From Methylomonas sp. (GTDB taxonomy: Bacteria; Pseudomonadota; Gammaproteobacteria; Methylococcales; Methylomonadaceae), in the NCBI GenBank assembly GCA_026989395.1, contig JALSJK010000116.1:1-57476 (forward strand): 57,476 nt of DNA, in the 5' to 3' direction. The notes beneath the pieces were generated by a model, which saw nothing but the letters and a program-made list of their open reading frames with translations, had not been told where the DNA came from and searched no databases. Each line of letters begins with the position of its first letter. The first letter of the stretch is position 1. Positions 18,328 through 28,888 of the stretch are shown here, one piece after another. A program made the translations under genes and the position numbers.

Positions 18328-20292
18328 TCAAGGTGTTTCTTGTTTATGGGATGAATGGTGCTTATAAGAATTGCTGGAGATTGAAAAGATAGCAGGATCT
18401 AGTTGCCATTGAATTTCTATTTGATGATTTTTCCAGGTTGCGATTCCGACATTTTGCCATTTTCCCTGTAGATTTTTTTTTCTTAAATCTTTTTGCCATT
18501 GACTTGGCATTATAATTTTCTTTCTTTTAATAATAAATTGGGTTTTATTCAAATTTAAATTCAGTTTGGTTCCCCAGAAAGCAGTGACCTTCATAATGAA
18601 TTTTTCAAGACGTGGCGTATTTATCGTTGGAGTGACAGCAATATTGGCCCACATGGAGTGAACGCGTCCCCAGTTGGGGGCTAACATTCTTCCTTGCTCA
18701 TTGATGAAAGGAAGCCACTTTTCAATGCCTTTTTCATCCAAATAAGTAATTGCTAGAATATCATCATAACCTTCAAAATGATCGTGTAAATAAAGGGCAT
18801 GTGGAGTGATGCCAATAAAGGTATGAGAGAGCATAAGTAATGCATTACTCGCGCCATTTAATGGACTCAATATTGTAGAATTTCTTAGATCAATTCCTAG
18901 TCTATAGAGAAGGCCATAATGGATGGTGCAGTTCAATTGTAGAAGAGTGATGATAATAAGAATTTTGCTGAATTGTCTGGAAAACTTCTTAGGGAAAGAT
19001 TTTGCATAATTATCGAATAAATAATCATGCCATGTCGAAATATTCCGAGAAGCTTTATTGTCGGATACACATAGTTCATTGCAAGGTTGCCGCACACGAT
19101 TATCAGCGATTTTTCGATAAAGATAAGATGCAATTCGATTGATTCCTGGTGCTTTAAGCAAGTGGCCAATTAAAGCTGGATAACGCATTTTAAGTAGAAT
19201 CTGAATGTAGGTATCCAGGCCAGAAAAAAGTTTGTTTTGTTTGTCCAAAGCGTATAGGTCGCTGAGAAGAATTTCCTGATTTATTCCGTTTAGGGCGGGG
19301 GTGTTCGCTGCATAAGTTTGTAATCCTTTAAACTCAATGGCTTTGAGGATATCAAAATGATTAATAATAATGACGGTTTTATTGCATAAAGGGCATTGTT
19401 CGTCGTAAAACACGGTTAGCTGAGAAGTAGGGAAAGTGGAGGCTCGTTTGAGTGTTTCCCAAAAATTAAATGGCACCATCAAGAAGTAAAAAAAGAGCAT
19501 TCCTAACCCAAATGGATAAATATTGAATGAAATAGTAATTCCCAGGTGGAGCGCGATACCTATTACAAGCAATATTGGTCTGAAATATCGTTTAGTAAAA
19601 AGGAAAATGAAAGAGAATTGAAAAACTAAAATTAAATAACCAATGAATTTTTGGAGCCATTCAATATTCAAAAGCGGTGTCATGTCGACTGCAGAAATGT
19701 AATAAGGCATTGAAGATGGAAGCCAAGCTCCTAATCCATTTCTCCAATGTTCTGCAAATAATTTATGGATAGCTGAATCGAAATATAAATAACCCAGGCA
19801 AACCAAAACAGGGATTTGATAGGCGAGAATTGTTGTTGTATTTGGCAGACTTGGTTTTAATGAAAAGAAATTAACGGACAATTTTTTTCTTAAGTTATCA
19901 AGAGAAAACGAGCGATCAAGAGGTAAGAAAAGCAGAAAAAAACCCACACCGATCATAAAGGTGTCAAATCCCCCGTCAAAGTCGCGCTGCATGGAAGTGA
20001 AATTGACGAAAATCAACCAGAAAATATAGTTGCTGATGGCTGCAAATTGAGTTCGATAGCCAATTGTTAGAAAAGCTGCTGTGATTCCCCATAGACACAA
20101 AAAAAATGGAATCATGGGGTATTCCACATCGAAAAAGGGGGTGGGATCAAAAATCAGGTGATTGAAATATAGAAGAAACAATATTTCCATGAAGGTAAGC
20201 AGTCCATAGAATATTCGGAGCAGGCCAATTCCAGTGGTTGGAGCTTGTTTGGATAAGCTTTTTAGAATGAGATAGTTGAGATATTTCACCAT
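18328..20292 (-). CDS. HTTM-domain (vitamin-K-dependent gamma-carboxylase-like) polytopic membrane protein fused to a DCC-family (DUF393) thiol-disulfide oxidoreductase, plus an uncharacterised ~300-aa C-terminal domain
   Basis: N-terminal 'GIGLLRIFYGLLTFMEILFLLYF' is typical of HTTM, followed by multiple TM helices. The central 'VFYDEQCPLCNKTVIIINHFD' matches the DCC CxxC signature. The C-terminal region has no recognisable family. Confidence 0.55.
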   Translation of the reverse strand: MVKYLNYLILKSLSKQAPTTGIGLLRIFYGLLTFMEILFLLYFNHLIFDPTPFFDVEYPMIPFFLCLWGITAAFLTIGYRTQFAAISNYIFWLIFVNFTSMQRDFDGGFDTFMIGVGFFLLFLPLDRSFSLDNLRKKLSVNFFSLKPSLPNTTTILAYQIPVLVCLGYLYFDSAIHKLFAEHWRNGLGAWLPSSMPYYISAVDMTPLLNIEWLQKFIGYLILVFQFSFIFLFTKRYFRPILLVIGIALHLGITISFNIYPFGLGMLFFYFLMVPFNFWETLKRASTFPTSQLTVFYDEQCPLCNKTVIIINHFDILKAIEFKGLQTYAANTPALNGINQEILLSDLYALDKQNKLFSGLDTYIQILLKMRYPALIGHLLKAPGINRIASYLYRKIADNRVRQPCNELCVSDNKASRNISTWHDYLFDNYAKSFPKKFSRQFSKILIIITLLQLNCTIHYGLLYRLGIDLRNSTILSPLNGASNALLMLSHTFIGITPHALYLHDHFEGYDDILAITYLDEKGIEKWLPFINEQGRMLAPNWGRVHSMWANIAVTPTINTPRLEKFIMKVTAFWGTKLNLNLNKTQFIIKRKKIIMPSQWQKDLRKKNLQGKWQNVGIATWKNHQIEIQWQLDPAIFSISSNSYKHHSSHKQETP

Positions 20293-20430
20293 TACATTTT
20301 GACAATGAAAAACATTATAAAATGAAAGGAATTATATATGAATGGGGTGTGCCGTACGAACTAAATTATTTTAGGTTGAAGAGATGGGGAGTAGAGATGA
20401 ATTGAACGAGGAGGAGGATAATTTCAGGCA

Positions 20431-20478
20431 CAAAAAAGGCCACCCTTTTAAAATGGTAATTTTAAAAGGGTGGCCTTT
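20431..20478 (-). terminator. rho-independent terminator for the minus-strand micro-gene
   Basis: Perfect 19-bp stem 'AAAGGCCACCCTTTTAAAA / TTTTAAAAGGGTGGCCTTT' with a 6-nt loop. A U-tract (TTTTTTG) follows on the minus strand, 24 nt past the stop codon. Confidence 0.65.
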
Positions 20479-20502
20479 GGGACTGTAAGAATATGCTTTA
20501 GC

Positions 20503-20631
20503 TTACTCTTCGTCGTCTGGCTCAGAGAATACCCATTTTACCAGGAAGTAGCCAGCTGCAATAACAACGACTGCGCCTACCATACCTGCAGGTTCTTTAA
20601 GCATTTCTGTGATATCTAAAATTGCTCCCAT
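20503..20631 (-). CDS. 42-aa single-pass membrane micro-protein with acidic C-terminus, not in ORF track
   Basis: Translation: MGAILDITEMLKEPAGMVGAVVVIAAGYFLVKWVFSEPDDEE. SD-like 'AAGGTAGGA' upstream. A strong terminator lies immediately downstream. Function unknown. Confidence 0.45.
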   Translation of the reverse strand: MGAILDITEMLKEPAGMVGAVVVIAAGYFLVKWVFSEPDDEE

Positions 20632-21195
20632 GATATTCCTACCTTAATAAAGTTAATATTTATTGTAAAGATACTGACGTGTCAGCATTTGAGAGTCACA
20701 TGGTACTTGAAGCTGAGTTAAAGTCAAGAATTATTAACCTTTGGGCTGGTGAGGGTATGCATTTTGATTGTCTAGGCGAGATGATTTTTGAGCAAAATCA
20801 TGTGGGTTTTGGGGGTGCTCTGAGGGTAAGGGGGTGTGCTGTAACAGGTTGATATTAAATTAAAAAAACTTGATTGTTGTTTGGTGGTTAGGCTGGCTAA
20901 ATTAAAATTTTGGGCGACGAAAACAAGTAGGTTTATTGAATGTATTGTCAGTTAAAAAATTAACAATTTCTAAGATGCTTATATGCGGATTGCATGTTGA
21001 ATGAGTTTCTGTCAAATTGATTCTAAATCTATCTATGGTTGATATTTTTGTTAAACATGTTGATAATTAGGTCCGCATTTATGGATATAACAATAATAAA
21101 TTAAGCTCTTTACATTGTGAGGAATAAATAAACGCAGTATGATCAAGTAAGGTTTTGATCATGTTTTTGAATTTTAATAAAAATGGGATAAAAAA

Positions 21196-21630
21196 ATGAT
21201 TGGTGGTGTATTTATAGTTTTAGTTGCTATCTGGATGTATCAGGCAGCAGTCAAGGCGCAGAAAGATAATGCGCTTCTTTGGGTGGTTATAGGATGTGTT
21301 GTATTTTTTGTGGTGCAATTTGCAGTGGTAAAACTTAACGCAACATTGGCTGAAACAATGATGTCGGCCTCAGTAGATAAAGACCCGGCCTATGCGGGTG
21401 AGCTATATAATCGTACTGGGCCAATTAATTCACAAAGTTCAGGTGGTGTTCGTGCTTTTTTTCTGTTCTTACTAGTTGAAATTCTTCCTCCATTTTTGGG
21501 AGTTGTTGGGGCTGGTTTTGTCCGAACTATGTTTGTACTTAAAGAAAAATTGACATTAAAAAATATTTTTGGCGGCATCAAGGAAATGTTTATCGATATT
21601 GGGCGAAGTTTTAAAACAAGCCAGCAGTAG
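21196..21630 (+). CDS. hypothetical integral membrane protein
   Basis: 144 aa with 3-4 predicted TM helices. A terminator follows. No recognisable family. Confidence 0.45.
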   Translation: MIGGVFIVLVAIWMYQAAVKAQKDNALLWVVIGCVVFFVVQFAVVKLNATLAETMMSASVDKDPAYAGELYNRTGPINSQSSGGVRAFFLFLLVEILPPFLGVVGAGFVRTMFVLKEKLTLKNIFGGIKEMFIDIGRSFKTSQQ

Positions 21631-21653
21631 ACTTTTTAAATTTAGATTTAATA

Positions 21654-21683
21654 AAAAGCCCAAGCTTTGCTTGGGCTTTTTTG
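21654..21683 (+). terminator. rho-independent terminator
   Basis: 'AAAAGCCCAAGC-tttg-CTTGGGCTTTTTTG' is a GC-rich stem followed by a T-tract. Confidence 0.6.
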
Positions 21684-21976
21684 TTTGGCAATTTAGTGGT
21701 AGAAGATCAGCAAGAAGAATTGAAAAAATTTACATTTGAGAAATTAGAACTCAGGTCCAGCAAAAATGTACTTTAATTCATTTTAGTATTTATACTAGTG
21801 TAATTGACTTGAAATGAATAAATCGATCTAAAAATCATCAGGAAAATCAGTTAGCAGTATTTCCAATTTGCTCTCTGTTTTAATATTCCTTCCTTGTTCA
21901 AGAATACCTATTTTTAACTCGTGTGAGGTTATGGCGTTATCGTTTAATCACGACCAAATAATATTGACAGAAATTT

Positions 21977-24900
21977 ATGAATAGCAACGACTTGTTTAAG
22001 CAGCAGCTTTCAAAGCGAATCCTGTTTCTGGACGGGGCAATGGGCACTATGATCCAAAGCTACAAACTGGAAGAAAAGGATTATCGGGGCCAGCGTTTTG
22101 CTGATTGGCAATCCGATTTAAAAGGTAATAATGATCTGCTTTCCTTAACCCAGCCAGAGATTATTAAAGCAATCCATAAAGCCTATTTCGATGTTGGCGT
22201 TGATATTGTTGAGACAAATACTTTTAACGCAACGACTATTGCCATGGCTGATTATAATATGGAGTCACTGGCTTATGAAATTAATGTTGAATCTGCCAGG
22301 CTGGCTAAAGAAGTTGCCCGGGAATTTACACAGAAGACACCTGAAAAACCCAGGTTTGTAGCTGGTGTTCTTGGTCCCACAAATCGAACTGCCTCAATTT
22401 CACCGGATGTTAATGATCCCGGTTTCAGAAATGTTTCTTTTGACGAATTGGTCTCTGCTTATACTGAAGCGGTACGTGGTTTGATTGAAGGTGGCGCTGA
22501 TACTATTCTGATTGAGACAGTATTTGATACGCTCAATGCCAAGGCCGCAATTTTTGCCGTTGATCAATATTTTGTAGAGCTTGGCTATAAACTGCCAGTA
22601 ATGATTTCCGGCACCATTACGGATGCGTCAGGCCGAACGTTGTCGGGTCAAACGGCTGAAGCATTCTGGAATTCTTTAAACCATATCGAACCTATTTCCT
22701 TTGGCTTCAATTGTGCTTTGGGAGCAAAAGAATTACGGCAATATATTGAAGAGTTATCGAATATTGCCAATACCCACGTTTCTGCACATCCCAATGCAGG
22801 CTTGCCTAATGAATTTGGAGAGTATGATGAATCTCCCGAAGATATGGCTAAAGAGCTTGAGGACTGGGCAAAAAATGGTTATCTGAATATCATCGGTGGA
22901 TGTTGCGGAACATCTCCAGATCATATTAGGGCAATCATTGAAGCAGTTCAAAAACATCCGCCGCGAGTTGTTCCTCAAATTGAAAAGCAATCTCGGCTGG
23001 CGGGGCTGGAGCCAATGAATATTGGTCCTGACTCACTGTTTGTAAATGTGGGGGAGAGAACTAATGTTACTGGCTCAGCCAAATTCAAGCGGTTGATTGT
23101 TGAAGAAGATTTTGAAGCGGCATTGGATGTGGCGCGACAACAAGTTGAGAATGGCGCGCAAATTATCGATATCAACATGGATGAAGGAATGCTGGATTCC
23201 AAGGAAGCGATGGTGCGTTTTTTAAATCTGATTGCATCAGAACCTGATATTTCGAAAGTCCCCATTATGATTGATTCCTCAAAATGGGAGATTCTTGAGG
23301 CGGGATTAAAGTGTATCCAGGGCAAAGGGGTCGTTAACTCAATTTCACTCAAGGAAGGTGAGGAAAATTTTATCCGTCAGGCAAAATTGGTTCGTCGTTA
23401 TGGTGCGGCCGCTATCATTATGGCTTTTGATGAGGAAGGCCAGGCCGATACTAAAGAAAGAAAAATAGAAATTTGTCATCGTGCTTATCGAATACTGACT
23501 GAGCAGATAGGATTCCCTCCTGAAGATATCATTTTTGATCCCAATATTTTTGCAATCGCCACAGGTATTGAAGAACACAATAATTATGGCGTCGACTTTA
23601 TCGAGGCAACCCAGGAAATCAAAAAAACCTTGCCTTATGCGCTGGTTTCCGGTGGCGTTTCAAATGTTTCATTTTCTTTCCGGGGCAATAATCCGGTTAG
23701 AGAGGCGATTCATGCGGTATTTCTTTATCATGCCATTAAAGCGGGTATGGACATGGGAATTGTTAATGCAGGGCAGTTGGCAATATATGATGATATTCCT
23801 GAAGAATTACGAAATACAGTTGAGGATGTGGTATTAAACCGTCATCCTGGCGCTACAGAAAAATTACTGGATATCGCTGAAAAATATCGTGGCGATGGTT
23901 CAACAGCAGAAAAAAAGGAAGATCTGGAGTGGCGCAGTTGGCCTGCTCATAAACGGCTTGAACATGCGCTTGTTAAAGGTATTGCTGATTTTATCGAAGA
24001 AGATACCGAAGAAGCGCGGCAACAAGCGGACAAGCCTTTGCATGTTATTGAAGGGCCGTTAATGGATGGCATGAATGTAGTCGGTGATTTGTTTGGCGAA
24101 GGTAAAATGTTTTTGCCCCAGGTTGTGAAATCGGCGCGGGTGATGAAAAAAGCCGTGGCCTACCTGATGCCTTTTATGGATGCTGAAAAAGATGGAGAAA
24201 GAGAGGCAAACGGAAAAATTTTGATGGCCACGGTAAAGGGCGATGTTCACGATATTGGCAAGAATATTGTTGCCGTTGTTTTGCAATGTAACAATTATGA
24301 TATTGTCGATTTGGGGGTCATGGTGCCAACCGAGAAAATTTTGCAAACGGCCAGGGAGGAAAATGTTGATATTATCGGTTTGAGTGGTCTCATAACACCT
24401 TCTTTGGATGAAATGGTTCATGTCGCAAAGGAAATGGAGCGACAAGGTTTTGATATCCCGGTTATGATCGGAGGAGCAACTACATCACGCGCTCATACCG
24501 CTGTTAAAATAGATCAGAACTATCATGGCGTGACAGTTTATGTGCCTGATGCTTCGCGTAGCGTGGGTGTGGCAGGGAATTTACTCACTCCGGAACTAAA
24601 AGATGAGTTCGTCCAAAAAATTCAGGAAGAATATGAACAGGTCAGAGTTCGTCATAAGGGCAAAAAAGCAAAGACCAAACAACATGCTTTGGAGAAAGCA
24701 CGCCAAAACCGTTTTGTTTATGATGGTCATGAACCAGTAAGGCCAAACTTTCTGGGAACCAAGGTTATTGATAATTTGTCGTTAGAGGCATTGGTTGACT
24801 ATATTGACTGGACGCCTTTTTTCCAAACCTGGGAGTTAGCGGGGAAGTATCCAAAAATTCTTGATGACGTAGTGGTTGGTGAGCAGGCAAAAGTCTTGCT

Positions 24901-25648
24901 GGCAGATGCAAAAAAAATGCTGGATCAAATTGTTTCTGAAAAATGGCTAACCGCCAGAGCCGTGATTGGCTTTTTTCCGGCAAATAGCGAAGGCGATGAT
25001 ATTATTCTTTATCGTGATGAGACAGCTAAGGAAAAATTAGCAACCCTACATCATTTAAGACAGCAGAATGTCAAGGCGCCCGGCCAGCCTAATTATTGTC
25101 TGGCCGATTTTGTTGCGCCTGTCGATAGCGGAAAAGTTGATTACATCGGGGGGTTTGCTGTTACCACCGGTATTGGAATCGAAGAAAAAATACAGCAATT
25201 TGAGAAAGACCATGATGATTACAACTCGATCATGTTAAAAGCGTTGGCAGATCGTTTGGCCGAGGCATTCGCAGAATATATGCATGCAAAAGTCAGAAAA
25301 GAATATTGGGGATATGCCAAGAACGAAGATTATCCAAATGATCAACTTATTGAGGAGGTCTATCAAGGAATCAGACCCGCGCCTGGGTATCCCGCTTGTC
25401 CAGACCATACCGAAAAAGGTAAATTGTTTGAACTGCTGAATGTGACAGAAAATACCAGTATTGAGCTAACAGAAAGTTTTGCGATGTACCCCACAGCAGC
25501 CGTTAGTGGCTGGTATTTTGCACATCCGGAATCCCGCTATTTTAATGTTGGAAAAATCACACAAGATCAGCTGGAAGACTATGCAAAGCGAAAAGGTATG
25601 AGCCGGGATGTTGCAGAACGTTGGTTATCTGCACATTTGCATCATTAA
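21977..25648 (+). CDS. metH: cobalamin-dependent methionine synthase
   Basis: 1223 aa. Homocysteine-binding '[11 protein letters not shown]', pterin-binding, B12-binding '[11 protein letters not shown]' and C-terminal AdoMet-activation domains are all present. Confidence 0.9.
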   Translation: MNSNDLFKQQLSKRILFLDGAMGTMIQSYKLEEKDYRGQRFADWQSDLKGNNDLLSLTQPEIIKAIHKAYFDVGVDIVETNTFNATTIAMADYNMESLAYEINVESARLAKEVAREFTQKTPEKPRFVAGVLGPTNRTASISPDVNDPGFRNVSFDELVSAYTEAVRGLIEGGADTILIETVFDTLNAKAAIFAVDQYFVELGYKLPVMISGTITDASGRTLSGQTAEAFWNSLNHIEPISFGFNCALGAKELRQYIEELSNIANTHVSAHPNAGLPNEFGEYDESPEDMAKELEDWAKNGYLNIIGGCCGTSPDHIRAIIEAVQKHPPRVVPQIEKQSRLAGLEPMNIGPDSLFVNVGERTNVTGSAKFKRLIVEEDFEAALDVARQQVENGAQIIDINMDEGMLDSKEAMVRFLNLIASEPDISKVPIMIDSSKWEILEAGLKCIQGKGVVNSISLKEGEENFIRQAKLVRRYGAAAIIMAFDEEGQADTKERKIEICHRAYRILTEQIGFPPEDIIFDPNIFAIATGIEEHNNYGVDFIEATQEIKKTLPYALVSGGVSNVSFSFRGNNPVREAIHAVFLYHAIKAGMDMGIVNAGQLAIYDDIPEELRNTVEDVVLNRHPGATEKLLDIAEKYRGDGSTAEKKEDLEWRSWPAHKRLEHALVKGIADFIEEDTEEARQQADKPLHVIEGPLMDGMNVVGDLFGEGKMFLPQVVKSARVMKKAVAYLMPFMDAEKDGEREANGKILMATVKGDVHDIGKNIVAVVLQCNNYDIVDLGVMVPTEKILQTAREENVDIIGLSGLITPSLDEMVHVAKEMERQGFDIPVMIGGATTSRAHTAVKIDQNYHGVTVYVPDASRSVGVAGNLLTPELKDEFVQKIQEEYEQVRVRHKGKKAKTKQHALEKARQNRFVYDGHEPVRPNFLGTKVIDNLSLEALVDYIDWTPFFQTWELAGKYPKILDDVVVGEQAKVLLADAKKMLDQIVSEKWLTARAVIGFFPANSEGDDIILYRDETAKEKLATLHHLRQQNVKAPGQPNYCLADFVAPVDSGKVDYIGGFAVTTGIGIEEKIQQFEKDHDDYNSIMLKALADRLAEAFAEYMHAKVRKEYWGYAKNEDYPNDQLIEEVYQGIRPAPGYPACPDHTEKGKLFELLNVTENTSIELTESFAMYPTAAVSGWYFAHPESRYFNVGKITQDQLEDYAKRKGMSRDVAERWLSAHLHH

Positions 25649-25686
25649 TTATGCATAAAAAAGACGGCAGTTCTTCGCTGGAAAGA

Positions 25687-26169
25687 ATGATGGAAAGGGC
25701 CTTATATGCTAGCCGCTGGATTTTGGCGCCTATCTATTTTGGTATGAGTTTGATTTTGATCATGTTGACCATCAAGTTTTTCCAGGAAGTCTTTCATGTT
25801 TTTCCTCAGATTATGGAAATCAAGGAGTCGCAGCTTATTCTTACCGCCTTGTCGTTGATTGATTTGATTTTGGTGGGCAGTTTACTGGTTATTGTTATGT
25901 TTAGTGGCTATGAAAATTTTGTTTCCCAGTTGAGCCTCACTGAGGATACCGAAAAGCTTGATTGGCTGGGAAAGCATGATTATGGGTCATTGAAGTTGAA
26001 GGTGGCTTCTTCGGTTGTCGCTATTTCGTCCATACATTTGTTGAAAATTTTTATGAACGTAGAGCATACTAATAATGACAAGATTATGTGGTATGTGATT
26101 ACCCATTTAACATTGGTTGTATCGGCATTGTTTATGGGTTATCTCGAAAAAATTGCAAAAAGTTCTTAG
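25687..26169 (+). CDS. yqhA: UPF0114 family inner-membrane protein YqhA
   Basis: '[33 protein letters not shown]' closely parallels the E. coli YqhA N-terminus. Start is uncertain (Met at 25651, 25687 or 25690); the ORF-track start overlaps metH. Confidence 0.6.
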   Translation: MMERALYASRWILAPIYFGMSLILIMLTIKFFQEVFHVFPQIMEIKESQLILTALSLIDLILVGSLLVIVMFSGYENFVSQLSLTEDTEKLDWLGKHDYGSLKLKVASSVVAISSIHLLKIFMNVEHTNNDKIMWYVITHLTLVVSALFMGYLEKIAKSS

Positions 26170-26175
26170 CTAACA

Positions 26176-26418
26176 GTGGCGTTTATTTTATTTGGTACTT
26201 CTGGTTGCCATCTTTGTGAAGAAGCAGAGGTTATTCTCGCTAATAGAATTCAGCAGCAGGAGCTGGAATATGTTGATATAGCGGAGCAAGGAAAGTGGCA
26301 GGAAAAATACGCCATCAAAATCCCGGTTCTATATCACAAAGATTCAGGGAAAGAATTATTTTGGCCTTTTTCTGCGGCTGATGTTGATTCTTTTGTTGAC
26401 GGTTTTCAGTCAAGCTAG
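26176..26418 (+). CDS. glutaredoxin-like (thioredoxin-fold, DUF836-type) protein
   Basis: 80 aa with an N-terminal 'GCHLCEEA' CxxC motif in a thioredoxin-fold context. Confidence 0.5.
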   Translation: MAFILFGTSGCHLCEEAEVILANRIQQQELEYVDIAEQGKWQEKYAIKIPVLYHKDSGKELFWPFSAADVDSFVDGFQSS

Positions 26419-26448
26419 ACACTATATTAACTAATAACGCTCAAAAAA

Positions 26449-27507
26449 GTGTCAAAAACATTTGAAGTAATCATTGGTTGGGATATTGGCGGTGCTCATC
26501 TTAAGGTTGCCATGATGGATGTATCCGGAAAAATTATAGCCGTTATCCAGCAACCCTGCCCTTTGTGGAAAGGTTTGGAGGAATTGGGTGCGGCAATTGA
26601 TACAGTCATGGAATCTTTTCCTAAAAAGACTTTTTTGCATGCTGTAACCATGACTGGTGAGTTGGTGGATTTGTTTTCCAGCAGAGAGCAGGGAGTTACC
26701 GCCATTGTTGATTATATTGTTGGTCGATTAGGCCATGAAAACATCACTTTGTTTGCTGGAAGCAAAGGTTTTATCAGTCCAGAACAACTTTCGCCAGATG
26801 TTACGAATGATATTGCCTCAGCAAACTGGTTGGCGAGTGCCACCATTGTGGCAAAGAAAGTCAAAACCGGACTATTTGTCGATATTGGCAGTACCACCAC
26901 AGACATTATTGTTTGTCACGATGTAACAGTTAAAATGCGTGGAGCCAGTGATTTCGAACGACTGGCATTTGAGGAAATGGTTTATACTGGAATCGTTCGA
27001 ACGCCTGTGATGTCAGTTTCGCAGGAGGTGGAATTTAATGGGCACAGAGTTGGTTTGATGGCAGAATATTTTGCCACAATGGCAGACGTGTACCGATTGA
27101 CTGGTGAGTTGAATGAATCACATGATCAGATGGCAGCGGCAGATAATGGAGAAAAAACCGAGGTGGGCAGTGGCAGAAGGCTGGCTCGCATGATCGGCTG
27201 TGATTATCAGGATAATACGCATGAACAATGGTTGCGGTTAGCCAAAAACCTTCGGTCTAAACAATTGGCCAGGCTTCAACAAGCCTGCGAGAGACAGCTT
27301 TCAAGAGGTTTTATGGATTCTAAGTCCTGTTTTGTCGGTGCCGGCATTGGCAGGTTTTTAGTCAAAGAGTTGGCAAGTCGTTTGGATTATCCCTATATTG
27401 ATTTTGAGGACTTGTTTAAATCATCTTCATTCGAATCTGGAATGAGTGTTGCCGATTGCGCCCCTGCTGTTGCAGTTGGCGATCTGGCAAGGATGTCATT
27501 AAACTAA
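26449..27507 (+). CDS. hydantoinase/oxoprolinase-like protein of the H4MPT-linked C1 transfer pathway (TIGR03123-type; assignment tentative)
   Basis: 'IGWDIGGAHLKVAMMD' and 'FVDIGSTTTDIIV' are ASKHA/hydantoinase-A-like phosphate-binding motifs. A pabB-like gene follows, as in methylotroph methanopterin clusters. Confidence 0.45.
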   Translation: MSKTFEVIIGWDIGGAHLKVAMMDVSGKIIAVIQQPCPLWKGLEELGAAIDTVMESFPKKTFLHAVTMTGELVDLFSSREQGVTAIVDYIVGRLGHENITLFAGSKGFISPEQLSPDVTNDIASANWLASATIVAKKVKTGLFVDIGSTTTDIIVCHDVTVKMRGASDFERLAFEEMVYTGIVRTPVMSVSQEVEFNGHRVGLMAEYFATMADVYRLTGELNESHDQMAAADNGEKTEVGSGRRLARMIGCDYQDNTHEQWLRLAKNLRSKQLARLQQACERQLSRGFMDSKSCFVGAGIGRFLVKELASRLDYPYIDFEDLFKSSSFESGMSVADCAPAVAVGDLARMSLN

Positions 27508-27511
27508 CTGA

Positions 27512-28885
27512 ATGTCGTCGTCAAATATCAAGCCAATCAAGCTACCTTATTTTACAGATAGTGCAAAACTATTTGCTCCTTTAGCAGGCAAGCCTTGGTC
27601 TGTTTTTCTCGACAGTGGCGCGCCTAAAAGTCAGCATGGTCGTTTTGATATCTTAGCGGCTGATCCTTTTTGTACTCTGCTAACAAAGGGAGAAATAACA
27701 GAAATTAGTCAGAATGGTTTAGTCAATCAGTCGACCGAAGATCCGTTTTTTTTGCTCAAACAGCAACTAGGAGAAAATCAGCCAGGAATAAAGGGCTTGC
27801 CCTTCAATGGAGGTGCGATAGGTTATTTTTCTTATGATTTGGCGCGTCGATTGGAACAGTTACCAAAGATTGCCAAATTTTCAGAAAAAATCCCTGAAAT
27901 GGCGGTAGGCATATACCGCTGGGCAGTTATTGTTGATCATAAATTAAAACAAACCTGGTTGGTTGGACAGGAGCATTCCGATCTTGATTGGTCCAAGTTG
28001 CAAGAGCAATTTAGTACTATACAAAACCCGCCAGAAACAGATAGTTTTAAAGTGTTGGCCGATGTAACGTCGAATATGAGCAGGGAAACCTATGCACAAG
28101 CCTTTTCCAAGGTCAAATATTATTTGCGGGAAGGTGATTGTTATCAAGTCAATTTGTCTCAGCGATTCAGTGTGCAATGTTCAGGCAGCCCCTGGCAAGC
28201 TTACTTGAAATTAAGGGAACTAAATGCAGCGCCTTTCGGAAGTTATCTTAATATTCCAGGTGTACAAGTTTTGAGTTCTTCACCCGAACGCTTTTTGCAA
28301 GTGACTGGAGATTTTGTTGAAACCCGGCCAATCAAAGGGACGCGGCCTCGTAAAAAAGATCCGGCTGAGAACCAGCGCCAGATTGATCAGCTTCAGCAAA
28401 GTGAAAAAGATCGAGCAGAAAATGTCATGATTGTTGATTTATTGCGTAATGATTTAAGCAAAACCTGTAAAGTAGGATCAGTCAAAGTACCGAGATTGTT
28501 CGCAGTCGAAAGTTATGCCACAGTCCACCATTTGGTCAGTACGGTTATAGGCGTGCTGGAGAAAGGAAGACACGCTCTGGATATACTCAGAAGCTGTTTT
28601 CCCGGTGGTTCCATAACTGGTGCGCCGAAAATCAGGGCTATGGAAATTATTGAAGAACTAGAACCAGATCGACGCGGTGTTTATTGTGGTTCGATCGGTT
28701 ATATTGGTTTTGATGGCAATATGGATACCAATATTGCCATTCGTACCATGACCTATCACCAAAACAAAATTTATTTTTCTGCTGGCGGCGGTATTGTTCA
28801 GGACTCAGTATTAGAGGAAGAGTATCAGGAGAGCTTTGACAAGGCCGCCGCCCTTATTGAGGTAATCAATCAGATGAAGGGGTAG
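27512..28885 (+). CDS. pabB: aminodeoxychorismate synthase component I-like (chorismate-binding enzyme; PabB/TrpE family)
   Basis: 457 aa with 'FPGGSITGAPKIRAMEIIEELE' and 'RGVYCGSIGYIGFDGNMD' chorismate-binding motifs. The TrpE alternative is not excluded. Confidence 0.55.
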   Translation: MSSSNIKPIKLPYFTDSAKLFAPLAGKPWSVFLDSGAPKSQHGRFDILAADPFCTLLTKGEITEISQNGLVNQSTEDPFFLLKQQLGENQPGIKGLPFNGGAIGYFSYDLARRLEQLPKIAKFSEKIPEMAVGIYRWAVIVDHKLKQTWLVGQEHSDLDWSKLQEQFSTIQNPPETDSFKVLADVTSNMSRETYAQAFSKVKYYLREGDCYQVNLSQRFSVQCSGSPWQAYLKLRELNAAPFGSYLNIPGVQVLSSSPERFLQVTGDFVETRPIKGTRPRKKDPAENQRQIDQLQQSEKDRAENVMIVDLLRNDLSKTCKVGSVKVPRLFAVESYATVHHLVSTVIGVLEKGRHALDILRSCFPGGSITGAPKIRAMEIIEELEPDRRGVYCGSIGYIGFDGNMDTNIAIRTMTYHQNKIYFSAGGGIVQDSVLEEEYQESFDKAAALIEVINQMKG

Positions 28886-28888
28886 TTT

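Noticed and set aside
21700-21976. Possible riboswitch or leader upstream of metH
   Set aside because: There is no recognisable B12- or SAM-riboswitch conserved core by eye. A covariance-model search would be needed.
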